Part shown: in pieces, positions 30,808 through 38,977 of the stretch
Layout: the number at the start of each line of letters is the position of its first letter
Position numbering within the stretch: position 1 is the first letter of the stretch
DNA from: Synechococcus sp.
GTDB lineage: Bacteria; Cyanobacteriota; Cyanobacteriia; PCC-6307; Cyanobiaceae
Length of the DNA stretch: 64,000 nt
Direction: 5' to 3'
Assembly (NCBI GenBank): GCA_047286285.1
Contig: JBJBBP010000001.1
Coordinates: 9,149-73,148 of the forward strand
Position numbers and translations under genes: made by a program
Notes under the pieces: generated by a model
The model's database searches: none
Seen by the model: the letters and a program-made list of their open reading frames with translations, nothing else
Told to the model about the DNA's origin: nothing

Positions 30808-31601
30808 TTTTTCTTCTTCATTGCGAGGATTTTGCCTACCTTCTTGCGTCTAGCAATTAGGTACTTGTCAGACTTATCATGGTCACCGTCGTTATCAATG
30901 TCCTTATCTTCCTTACCAACTGGGTCTAGTTTTTTCTCAGTTAGTTCAACCTCTTCTTTCTTAGCAGTCTTCGCTGCTTTCTTAAATGCGTCCTTAGCAG
31001 GATAGTCTTCATGACCAGGCTTAGCAGGTGCTTCACCTCTCTTCCTCTTTGCATGAATGTTAGCATAGAGACCCTTCTTTGCTTCTTCTAATTCCTCTCC
31101 TTCATGTGGAATTGTATTACCATCTTTATCTTTCTGATGATGGAACTCATCTTCTTTCACACAATTAGGAACAGTCTTACCACCTTTCTTCTTAGTTCCT
31201 TTTGCCTTGTATCCTTTCCAGCATGTAGAAGCACCAACGTTAGCTCTTGCTGTTTTCATGTCACCTTCAGCGGTGAAGTATCTTCTCTTCTCTAGAATCC
31301 AAGTCTCTCCATCAAGTTCAAATTCTTCTGTCTCAAGAACCTCATACTCCTCTTCTTGTACTTTAAGTTCTTTTGCTCCAAGTGGAGTTACTTTTTTTAC
31401 TTCCTTCTTTTTGATAGAAGTCTGTTCAATCTCAGCACCGTTAGACTGAGGATCCATTCCGTCAAATGGAGCTTCATGTAAATCAGGCATCTCAGTGTTC
31501 TGGAAACAATCGCCACTCATCCACTTACCATAGGATTCCATCAATCCACTGGAAAATTCATCCTGATTTTTTACTTTATTAATTGGATCTGGTTTCTTCA
31601 T
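30804..31601 (-). CDS. Hypothetical Lys/Glu-rich protein (265 aa) built from short dispersed motifs
   Basis: Contains CWKGYKAKGTKKKGGKTVPNCV and LYANIHAKRKRGEAPAKPGHEDYPAKDAFKKA. From memory, both motif types recur in unrelated phage/virus hypothetical proteins. Confidence 0.6.
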   Translation of the reverse strand: MKKPDPINKVKNQDEFSSGLMESYGKWMSGDCFQNTEMPDLHEAPFDGMDPQSNGAEIEQTSIKKKEVKKVTPLGAKELKVQEEEYEVLETEEFELDGETWILEKRRYFTAEGDMKTARANVGASTCWKGYKAKGTKKKGGKTVPNCVKEDEFHHQKDKDGNTIPHEGEELEEAKKGLYANIHAKRKRGEAPAKPGHEDYPAKDAFKKAAKTAKKEEVELTEKKLDPVGKEDKDIDNDGDHDKSDKYLIARRKKVGKILAMKKKK

Positions 31602-31833
31602 CGTTCAATAAGGAGGTTCTTCTCGTATTATTTATAGTTCTAATATTCTTTATCCACTCACGTAACATATTTCCATCGTCTGTAATGACAATAGCATAGT
31701 TACCACCTACTCTGTGAATGCGTCCTTTGTCTCCTGTACGAGCAGACATAACTGCATCACCTTCTTTAAAGACTTCTACTTGACGTTGCTGTTGTCGTAG
31801 TGCTTCTTCACGTAACTTCTTAAAATCCTTCAT
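31579..31833 (-). CDS. Hypothetical protein (84 aa)
   Basis: ATG start in an ATGA overlap with the upstream stop. Confidence 0.6.
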   Translation of the reverse strand: MKDFKKLREEALRQQQRQVEVFKEGDAVMSARTGDKGRIHRVGGNYAIVITDDGNMLREWIKNIRTINNTRRTSLLNDEETRSN

Positions 31834-32393
31834 TTAAAATTTGCAGGCAAGTTTGCTGCTATCTCTGCCATAAGAGTACCGCAATCATTATCATTTAATG
31901 CACTGGGTATACCTGTTCGGAATGTTTTAAAGTCACCAGCAGCTGCTGCACGACGCATTTTTGTTCCTGAAATGGCAAAGGTATCACCATCAGCATCTCT
32001 ACTTCCAGAAGATTTAATGTCAATCTTCCTAAAGGAAAAATCTTTTCCGTTATATTTATGGAGGAATTGCATAGCAGAAACCCTGTCAGATCCTACCAAA
32101 AATACAACCTCATCATATCCTGCCATCATAAGATCCTGTAGTATAGCTACTGGTTGTTTAGGACCTGAATATATCTTGCCACGATGCATTGGAAACATCT
32201 TATTCATATAGAATAACTTTCTGTTAGGCAATAAAGGATTACTACCTTTAGTATCTACAGTCTGTGAAATGTATATACGATAATCATTCATGCCAGCAGC
32301 ACGTTTCACACCATCAAAGTTTTCCTTATGACCTGTGGTTGGTGGTTGAAACCTACCAAATGTAAAGTAGCAAACCTTTCCGTCTAACGCCAT
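31830..32393 (-). CDS. Nucleotidyltransferase of the HxGH/cytidylyltransferase-like superfamily (NMNAT/PPAT-like fold)
   Basis: Both signature motifs are present: FGRFQPPTTGH (aa 12-22) and ISGTKMR (aa 141-147, the ISxTxxR motif). 187 aa. Confidence 0.7.
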   Translation of the reverse strand: MALDGKVCYFTFGRFQPPTTGHKENFDGVKRAAGMNDYRIYISQTVDTKGSNPLLPNRKLFYMNKMFPMHRGKIYSGPKQPVAILQDLMMAGYDEVVFLVGSDRVSAMQFLHKYNGKDFSFRKIDIKSSGSRDADGDTFAISGTKMRRAAAAGDFKTFRTGIPSALNDNDCGTLMAEIAANLPANFK

Positions 32394-33577
32394 TGCTTCT
32401 GAAGAGTGAAGTTATTGTATGCGAACTCAAGACGGTTAACGAACTTGATCATGTCTCCATCTTTATGAAGAACATATCCCTCAGGAGTTGTGACCTTGTA
32501 TCCTTTTTCCGTCTGAACAAAAGTTCTGAATTCTTCTAGATGATCAAGTTTATCTATAACCATTTGTTTAACTTCCTGTAGTTCCTTGTACAGAGACAAC
32601 ATAGATTTAAACTTACTCTCATTCTTCATGAGATAGTTTTCACTCTCATATACTAGATTACGTTTCTTGACTAGGTTTGCAGGAGTTTTGATCTTAGCAA
32701 GTTCCTTGCTCATCTTTGCATGATAAAAATTTCCTAACTCAGTCAATGCTCTATCTACATTAGTAATACTACGAGCATTCTTAATTTCATTATTGAAGAA
32801 CTGCTTTAGATAAGATGATATGTGAAACTTAGCATCACCTGTAGTACCACTAGCACCTACTAATTCATCTAGAAAATCACCACACGCCTTACACATACGT
32901 TCAATGTTTGCTACGTATGTATCAAATTTTGTTTCTTCTGCATGACTCAATCCAACACGATCCATAGGTGTGTCATTCTTTATGACAAGAGCATCAGTTG
33001 ATCCATTTACTTTTGCACCAGCAAGAGCTTGCATAGATTGAAAATCATCACCAGCATAATGTGTATGAAATACTACGCCGATCTTCGCTCTGCCCGCTGC
33101 TTGTCCAATAGGATGATGCACTGGAATAGCATAAGTAATCGTATTAGGTCTGAATGTGTAAAGTCTTTCACCATGAATTGTTTCTGTCCTTAAAGTAGAA
33201 TTAGTAAAGAGAAGATCTCCTTGCACAATACCTTTGATGCCTAGACCAGAAAAGTATTTCAAAGAGAACTTAAGTTTCTCTGCAAGATCACCTTCATAGT
33301 ATAGGTCTACATCAAAATCTGTGTAGCAAATCTTTGGTGTTTTTGCAAAGACAGATTTAGTCCCCACAAAAAACATACCACTGTTGGGATCAGTACCACA
33401 TATAACTGATGGTGCTCCATCCCATTTTGTTTGCATGAAACCTGTGCTGTTATCACAACCAAGCATCTTACGTAGTTCTTTCAAAAAAGACACAGCAGCT
33501 TTGCAACCCTCAACTCCGTAGTTGAGCATTTCATCTTCTAAATGTTCTAAGTGTTTGAGTTGCTTTACGTTTGCCAT
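32384..33577 (-). CDS. Covalent-nucleotidyltransferase (ligase-family)-like protein, divergent
   Basis: Motif-I-like TKWDG (K51). Motif-III-like IVQGDLLF. C-terminal PEGYVLHKDGDMIKFVNR resembles motifs IV/V (compare T4 Rnl1 EGYVAVMKDGSHFKIK). The I-to-IV spacing is unusually long (~315 aa). Confidence 0.45.
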   Translation of the reverse strand: MANVKQLKHLEHLEDEMLNYGVEGCKAAVSFLKELRKMLGCDNSTGFMQTKWDGAPSVICGTDPNSGMFFVGTKSVFAKTPKICYTDFDVDLYYEGDLAEKLKFSLKYFSGLGIKGIVQGDLLFTNSTLRTETIHGERLYTFRPNTITYAIPVHHPIGQAAGRAKIGVVFHTHYAGDDFQSMQALAGAKVNGSTDALVIKNDTPMDRVGLSHAEETKFDTYVANIERMCKACGDFLDELVGASGTTGDAKFHISSYLKQFFNNEIKNARSITNVDRALTELGNFYHAKMSKELAKIKTPANLVKKRNLVYESENYLMKNESKFKSMLSLYKELQEVKQMVIDKLDHLEEFRTFVQTEKGYKVTTPEGYVLHKDGDMIKFVNRLEFAYNNFTLQKQWR

Positions 33578-34725
33578 TAGTCTTGAAATACCGTCTCGAT
33601 ACTTTCTCCTTTCATTTTATATCCTGACTGTAGTTTATCTGGATACACACGATCTGGATCAGATGTAGTTCCTCTGTCAGAGGTATTTCTAATATTAAAT
33701 GTCATATCCAAAAGAGGTGTAGTCATATGAATGTTTACTCTCTTTGCTCCACCTGTTTCTCCACCATATGAGATTCTAACGTTAGTAACGTTAGCTGCTT
33801 GATTCAAGAATCTTTCAGTAATCTCCATATGTTTGATCTTACCTTTGTTTAAATGAACATAATGATATCCATAACCAAGAGATCCTTTAATTAATTCTTG
33901 TAGTAATGGTTTGTTATAATTTGGAGAAGCATCTACTACTTTAAAATTTTTATTGCCTGCTTGATATTGATTGAAGGTAGCACAAAAATTTGCTTCGTCC
34001 AGTCCAAAAGTTTTCATCAATGCAATACCATCAGTAGTAGTAATCTTTCCTTCCTTAACTTGATCAACAGGAAAAACACTTGTCTTTAGACCTAGATTAG
34101 ATAGAGTAGTTGTGCCACTAGTTTTTAACGACAGATAATACTTATGAAGTGGTTTGCCTTTACACTTACTTTCTAATGTTAGATCAGTAATAGTGGATCC
34201 AATTTCATATCCAGTTGACAACGATGCTGTTCCAATCTTCCAGTGACCATTCACAAGTTGCATAGGTCTTTTCTTATTCTCACCACCCTCTGCAATAACT
34301 CTAACTGCAATACAATCTTCTAGATGGTAATGTTTTACCAGACCGTAAATAAAATCTCTATATTTGTTATTAGCAAGTTCACTAGTCTCAATCCAATCGT
34401 TGATACCTGCTTCTAGTTGTTGCTCAAATAAATTTCCTTGGTTACCTGATCCTCTATTACCTCTACTACCATCACCAAAGTCAACTTTTAATGCACTTAT
34501 TTTTAACTTCTTTCTTATCTCTGCTTTTGTAAATTCTGTTTGTAATGCTCTAGCTATCTTTACTTGTTTTTTATTTGTTGGATCAAATGCAAGAGGATTG
34601 TTCATGCCATATGTATTGACAAGATAATTCCACAATCTAAGTCCCTCTGCTGCTGCAGCATTATCCATATGCTTTACAGAAGAACCAGCATCCGAAAATG
34701 TAGATGGTATAAGGTTATATGCCAT
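33577..34725 (-). CDS. Hypothetical protein (382 aa), first gene of the ligase-like cassette
   Basis: ATG start. Its stop shares 1 nt with the next ATG. No confident motif. ITDLTLESKCKG..YYLSLKTSG is only vaguely PD-(D/E)xK-like. Confidence 0.65.
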   Translation of the reverse strand: MAYNLIPSTFSDAGSSVKHMDNAAAAEGLRLWNYLVNTYGMNNPLAFDPTNKKQVKIARALQTEFTKAEIRKKLKISALKVDFGDGSRGNRGSGNQGNLFEQQLEAGINDWIETSELANNKYRDFIYGLVKHYHLEDCIAVRVIAEGGENKKRPMQLVNGHWKIGTASLSTGYEIGSTITDLTLESKCKGKPLHKYYLSLKTSGTTTLSNLGLKTSVFPVDQVKEGKITTTDGIALMKTFGLDEANFCATFNQYQAGNKNFKVVDASPNYNKPLLQELIKGSLGYGYHYVHLNKGKIKHMEITERFLNQAANVTNVRISYGGETGGAKRVNIHMTTPLLDMTFNIRNTSDRGTTSDPDRVYPDKLQSGYKMKGESIETVFQD

Positions 34726-34744
34726 GAGAAAACCTCCCGTCTAT

Positions 34745-34945
34745 CTATTTAGAGGAGAGGTTGTTAAGATAATCCTTTTCATTTTGATAGGGGTGTGTCT
34801 GTCCTGACCATATTCTATACCCCTCTGCAACTTCTGGCAATAGCCACTGATCTACCCTGTAACAATACTTCCAGTTAACTGGTTGAATACAATTAATCAC
34901 AACAACTTGAAAGAATGCCACAAGGTGTATCCAAACAGTTAGCAT
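34745..34945 (-). CDS. Small hypothetical protein (66 aa), Trp/Cys-rich with a hydrophobic N-terminus
   Basis: The ATG shares 1 nt with the upstream TAA (TAATG). Confidence 0.45.
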   Translation of the reverse strand: MLTVWIHLVAFFQVVVINCIQPVNWKYCYRVDQWLLPEVAEGYRIWSGQTHPYQNEKDYLNNLSSK

Positions 34946-35235
34946 TATGGATGATCAGCAACAAAATATTTATCAATAACTTGAATACGTTCTTCTGCCT
35001 TTGCAATCAAATCAATTTGTTCTTGAATTGCAGCAAGAACATCAGAGTGTTCGCCAATACCTGCAGGATTATGCAGGTAAATTTCAACGTTTGCTTTTGC
35101 CTTACTGATCTCACCTAGTGCAGATTCACGTAGAGCTGATAATGTAATTTGTGTTAGGTTACAAGACATGAGGTTTTCTTCTATGTATGTGATGTCGGGT
35201 TGGTTGATGTAGTGACTTTCGTAATCTCCACTCAT
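34945..35235 (-). CDS. Hypothetical protein (96 aa)
   Basis: ATG in an ATGA overlap with the mazG stop. Confidence 0.6.
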   Translation of the reverse strand: MSGDYESHYINQPDITYIEENLMSCNLTQITLSALRESALGEISKAKANVEIYLHNPAGIGEHSDVLAAIQEQIDLIAKAEERIQVIDKYFVADHP

Positions 35236-35636
35236 CGGTCTCCAGCAGCACGAACTTCAGATTTTTGAATGTCAAATTTACCGCCAGGATATCTCTTCTC
35301 TAGTTTCTTTACGTTACGTTCAATAACATCATCAAAAGAAATTTCAAGTGCCATACATGCTTGTGCCACATACCACATCACATCACCCAACTCAATGATA
35401 AGATGTTCTTTGTTATCCTCATCCCATGGTTTTCCTTGGAAGATCATCTTCTTAATGATCTCAAGAAACTCACCACCTTCAGCATTGATACCAACACCAG
35501 AAGTCAGAAGACGTTCAATGTTAGCACCTTCACGATCTAACTCGCCAATACGATCAGCGAAGTCAACGAAGTTTGTTGATGCTTCAGAAGTAACTGCAGA
35601 AACAAACTCTTCGTATCGGTTAAAATTAATTGTCAT
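35232..35636 (-). CDS. mazG: MazG-type nucleoside triphosphate pyrophosphohydrolase
   Basis: EGGEFLEIIKK and ELGDVMWYVAQ motifs. The ATG at 35636 forms ATGA with the g41 stop (the track start 35645 is 3 codons upstream). Confidence 0.88.
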   Translation of the reverse strand: MTINFNRYEEFVSAVTSEASTNFVDFADRIGELDREGANIERLLTSGVGINAEGGEFLEIIKKMIFQGKPWDEDNKEHLIIELGDVMWYVAQACMALEISFDDVIERNVKKLEKRYPGGKFDIQKSEVRAAGDR

Positions 35637-37018
35637 ACATTCCACTCTGCGAATTTTGATAGTCTAGATTGTGTATCAGCAAATTGCTGGAAGTCCTCAC
35701 CAGGATCTTCTTGATTGATGTCAATAGCAGATGCATCATCTGCAACATCATACAGCTTCATCTTCGCTCTGTCAATCCCCACCATGAATTTTCTAGAGGT
35801 AACGAGGTCTGAGTATCTGTTTTTAAGTTGTTTGACCAAGATGCGACCTTGTTGCTCAAGCTCCTCAGTAGATATAAGGGCAAACATAAAGTCAGCAGTG
35901 GCAGGTAGACCAAAAGACTCAGAAGTATCGGTAAGGTCTGGATCGCTATTGCCATAACCACTACGAGTAGTTTGAGTGGCACTGACAATAGGTAAAGAAC
36001 ATTCCACAGCAAGACCGCGAAGCTCCTCCGCAATCGCCTTAACGTAGGTATACGAGTTAACAATGGCACCTTTGTACCTCACACTTGCACATATGTTTAA
36101 ATAATCAACGAAAATAATATCTGGTTTGAAGTCTTTCTTCAATTTGAGATCGCTTAAGAGTGCCTTAAAGTGTCCTACATGAGCAGACGCTGTTGGATAC
36201 TCTTTGATAATAAGTTTTCCTCTAGTCTTTTTAGCGATCTCTTGAACCTTACTAGAGAATAGAACTTCGGGTAGTTCTACAATGTCTTTGACATTAACGT
36301 TTAGAAGATTTGCGTCAATTCGTTCAGCAATCTTCTCCTCTGCCATTTCACATGTAATGTAGAGAACGTTGTAGCCCTGAGTGAGGGCGGAACCAGCCAT
36401 GTGGCACATGAATAGAGACTTCCCGACACCCGTACCAGCAAGAGCGACGTTGAGAGTCTTGTTAGGGAGACCACCTTTCGTGATAAAGTTAAACTTTTCC
36501 AAATCAAAGGGAATCTTCTCTTCTTTTCTGTGATAGAACTCGTATCTATCTGATGATTGTTCAATGTAATCGTGTCCAATGTGTTCATCAAAGGAGACAG
36601 CAAGAGCATCTTGCAGGATGCTAGGGATAGCACCCTTATCTAATTTTTTATCTCCGCCATCAGCAATCTTGATTGACTGCATGAGTGCCAAGTATATAGC
36701 TCTGTCTTGACACCACTTTTCTGTGGCATCTAACAACCAGTCATAATCCACCCAATCATCTGTGAGAGAGTTTATTCCCTGTAATGAATCTTGGAATGTC
36801 TCTTCTGTAAGATCTGCTCTACTCTGGAGATTAATTTTAAGAACTTCTTTAGTAGGGATCTTGTCATACTTCGTAGCGAAGTCAGCAATCTCCTCAAAGA
36901 TAACCTTTTCGTGGTAAGTCTCATAATATTCTGCTTTTAGAAAAGGAATTACTTTACGATAGTACTCCTCATTATAAATGAGGTTTCGTAAGATAGTTTC
37001 CTCAATGCGTTCACTCAT
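35633..37018 (-). CDS. g41: Replicative DNA helicase (T4 gp41, DnaB-like)
   Basis: 461 aa. Walker A LAGTGVGKS, Walker B-like IIFVDYL, RecA-type core. Confidence 0.9.
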   Translation of the reverse strand: MSERIEETILRNLIYNEEYYRKVIPFLKAEYYETYHEKVIFEEIADFATKYDKIPTKEVLKINLQSRADLTEETFQDSLQGINSLTDDWVDYDWLLDATEKWCQDRAIYLALMQSIKIADGGDKKLDKGAIPSILQDALAVSFDEHIGHDYIEQSSDRYEFYHRKEEKIPFDLEKFNFITKGGLPNKTLNVALAGTGVGKSLFMCHMAGSALTQGYNVLYITCEMAEEKIAERIDANLLNVNVKDIVELPEVLFSSKVQEIAKKTRGKLIIKEYPTASAHVGHFKALLSDLKLKKDFKPDIIFVDYLNICASVRYKGAIVNSYTYVKAIAEELRGLAVECSLPIVSATQTTRSGYGNSDPDLTDTSESFGLPATADFMFALISTEELEQQGRILVKQLKNRYSDLVTSRKFMVGIDRAKMKLYDVADDASAIDINQEDPGEDFQQFADTQSRLSKFAEWNV

Positions 37019-37952
37019 CTAGTTTTAACCTCGCAAAAGATTTTTCACTTAATCTTTTCTGAATTAGTCTACCATAATCTTCATGCAGTTCGCAACCAAT
37101 GTAATGTCTTTGTAAGGATTTGGATACTAATGCAGTTGTACCAGATCCCATAAAAGGATCTAATACAATATCACCTTCTTCACTACCTGCCTTAATACAT
37201 GGTTCAATTAAGTCAGGTGGATACACAGCAAAGTGAGCTCCTTTGTAAGGTTTGTTCGTTACTGTCCAGACAGATCGTTTATTCTTTGTTGTATATGATT
37301 TTGTAAGTCCCGAATGTGGTGCCAGTCCTGTTCCTTCGTTGTGATATTTTCCGTTCGTTCTGTTTCTTGTTCCCCAATCTTGTTTGACTGGTTCTTTGAT
37401 TGCTTCATTGTCGTAATAGTATTTTCTATTTTTACTAAACAAAAATATATATTCATGAGATTTTGTACACCTATCTCTCACGCTCTCTGGCATCGGATTA
37501 GGTTTGTGCCAGATTATATCTTGTCTAAGATACCAACCATCAGAACGTAAAGCAAATGCGAGCATCCAAGGGATTCCGATTAAATCTTTTTCTTTTAATC
37601 CTTCTAATTTATTTCCTCGTTTATTGCATTGTTCTGGGAGATCTTGTTTCGTTTTACTCACTGATTGTTTAGGATAGGATTGACCTTTGCCAGGTCTATA
37701 GTTGTAGTAACTATCTCCTATGTTTACCCACAGTGTACCATCATCAGCTAGTACATCTCGTACTGATCTGAATACTTCAACCAAACTTTGGATATATTCT
37801 TCTGGTGTTTGTTCTTGTCCTATCTGAGATTGCTCTCCACCATAATCTCTAAGACCATAATAAGGAGGTGATGTAACACACATCCTAGGTCTCTCTTCTA
37901 ACGTTTTTAATGTTTCGCGACAGTCACCGAATAAAATTGTATCAACTGCCAT
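37011..37952 (-). CDS. DNA methyltransferase, beta-class N6-adenine/N4-cytosine family (N6_N4_Mtase-like)
   Basis: Motif [13 protein letters not shown] lies near the N-terminus and motif [10 protein letters not shown] near the C-terminus. The start was re-set to ATG 37952 ([11 protein letters not shown]). Confidence 0.85.
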   Translation of the reverse strand: MAVDTILFGDCRETLKTLEERPRMCVTSPPYYGLRDYGGEQSQIGQEQTPEEYIQSLVEVFRSVRDVLADDGTLWVNIGDSYYNYRPGKGQSYPKQSVSKTKQDLPEQCNKRGNKLEGLKEKDLIGIPWMLAFALRSDGWYLRQDIIWHKPNPMPESVRDRCTKSHEYIFLFSKNRKYYYDNEAIKEPVKQDWGTRNRTNGKYHNEGTGLAPHSGLTKSYTTKNKRSVWTVTNKPYKGAHFAVYPPDLIEPCIKAGSEEGDIVLDPFMGSGTTALVSKSLQRHYIGCELHEDYGRLIQKRLSEKSFARLKLDE

Positions 37953-38955
37953 ATGAAAATTCCTGACGTGCTGCCTCTTCAAGTTTTTGCATCACTTCTT
38001 CAGTGAAATACTTCTCAGGATTAGCGAGGATAGATTTAGGATAAACAGAAGATTCACCAACCTTAATACGATTGCCAACCCGCTGGAAGACTCCGTATTG
38101 TTCACCCAACTCCAATAACCCGTAATACTTGTCAAGTCCACGGTCGTCAAAAAATAGACGAGTTTCAACTTTACTACCCTCCTTTGTTAAACGTGATTTT
38201 TTAGCTTCACACTTGATAATATTACCAACTAGTTCAGTACCATCTTTTTCTTTCTTCTTTCCAAGATAGATGATAGTAGACGCTGCATACTTCAGACCTG
38301 TACCACCACCCATTTCCTTTGCAGGAACATAAGAACCAATTACATCATATGTATGGTTAGTCACAATCATAGGAACACTTGCTTGTCCTAGTTTCAATGT
38401 CAATACACGAAATGCACCTTTGATTAATTGTGATTTTGTCATGTCACGAACCTGCTTGTCATTAGCAATGTCTTCCATCTCTTTAGATGTAGAAAGCATA
38501 CCTAGACTATCAAGAACAAACATCATAGGCACACGTTTGTCCTTAGGTTCTTTCATATACTTATCCAGAATCCTACATGCCTGTGTCCTAAACTCTTCAA
38601 TTGTAGCTACGGGAAACAGCACCATACGTGAACTGTCAATACCACGCGACTCAATCATCTCACGGGAAATGGCGGATTCAGTTTCAAAATAAATGACACC
38701 ACCTGTAGGATTAGCGTCAAGGAAATTACGAACGACACTAAGAGCAAAGAAAGTTTTTCCAGTGCTGCTTTCTCCTGCAAGAGCGGTGACTTTGTTTGAA
38801 GGCAAACCTCCAAAAAGCGAACCACTAACCAAGGCGTTAAAGATATAACTGCCAGTATCAACGTAATTAGTAATGTCACCTGCAGCGACTCCTTCACTGA
38901 CCAGACCAGCAAACTCATTTCCACTGTCCTTAATTACGGTATCTAAGAATCCCAT
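37942..38955 (-). CDS. uvsX: Recombinase UvsX (RecA-like)
   Basis: 337 aa. Walker A GESSTGKT, RecA-core layout, position next to g43/g41 as in T4-like phages. Confidence 0.9.
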   Translation of the reverse strand: MGFLDTVIKDSGNEFAGLVSEGVAAGDITNYVDTGSYIFNALVSGSLFGGLPSNKVTALAGESSTGKTFFALSVVRNFLDANPTGGVIYFETESAISREMIESRGIDSSRMVLFPVATIEEFRTQACRILDKYMKEPKDKRVPMMFVLDSLGMLSTSKEMEDIANDKQVRDMTKSQLIKGAFRVLTLKLGQASVPMIVTNHTYDVIGSYVPAKEMGGGTGLKYAASTIIYLGKKKEKDGTELVGNIIKCEAKKSRLTKEGSKVETRLFFDDRGLDKYYGLLELGEQYGVFQRVGNRIKVGESSVYPKSILANPEKYFTEEVMQKLEEAARQEFSYGS

Positions 38956-38977
38956 TGTGTTACTTTATAAAATTTAA

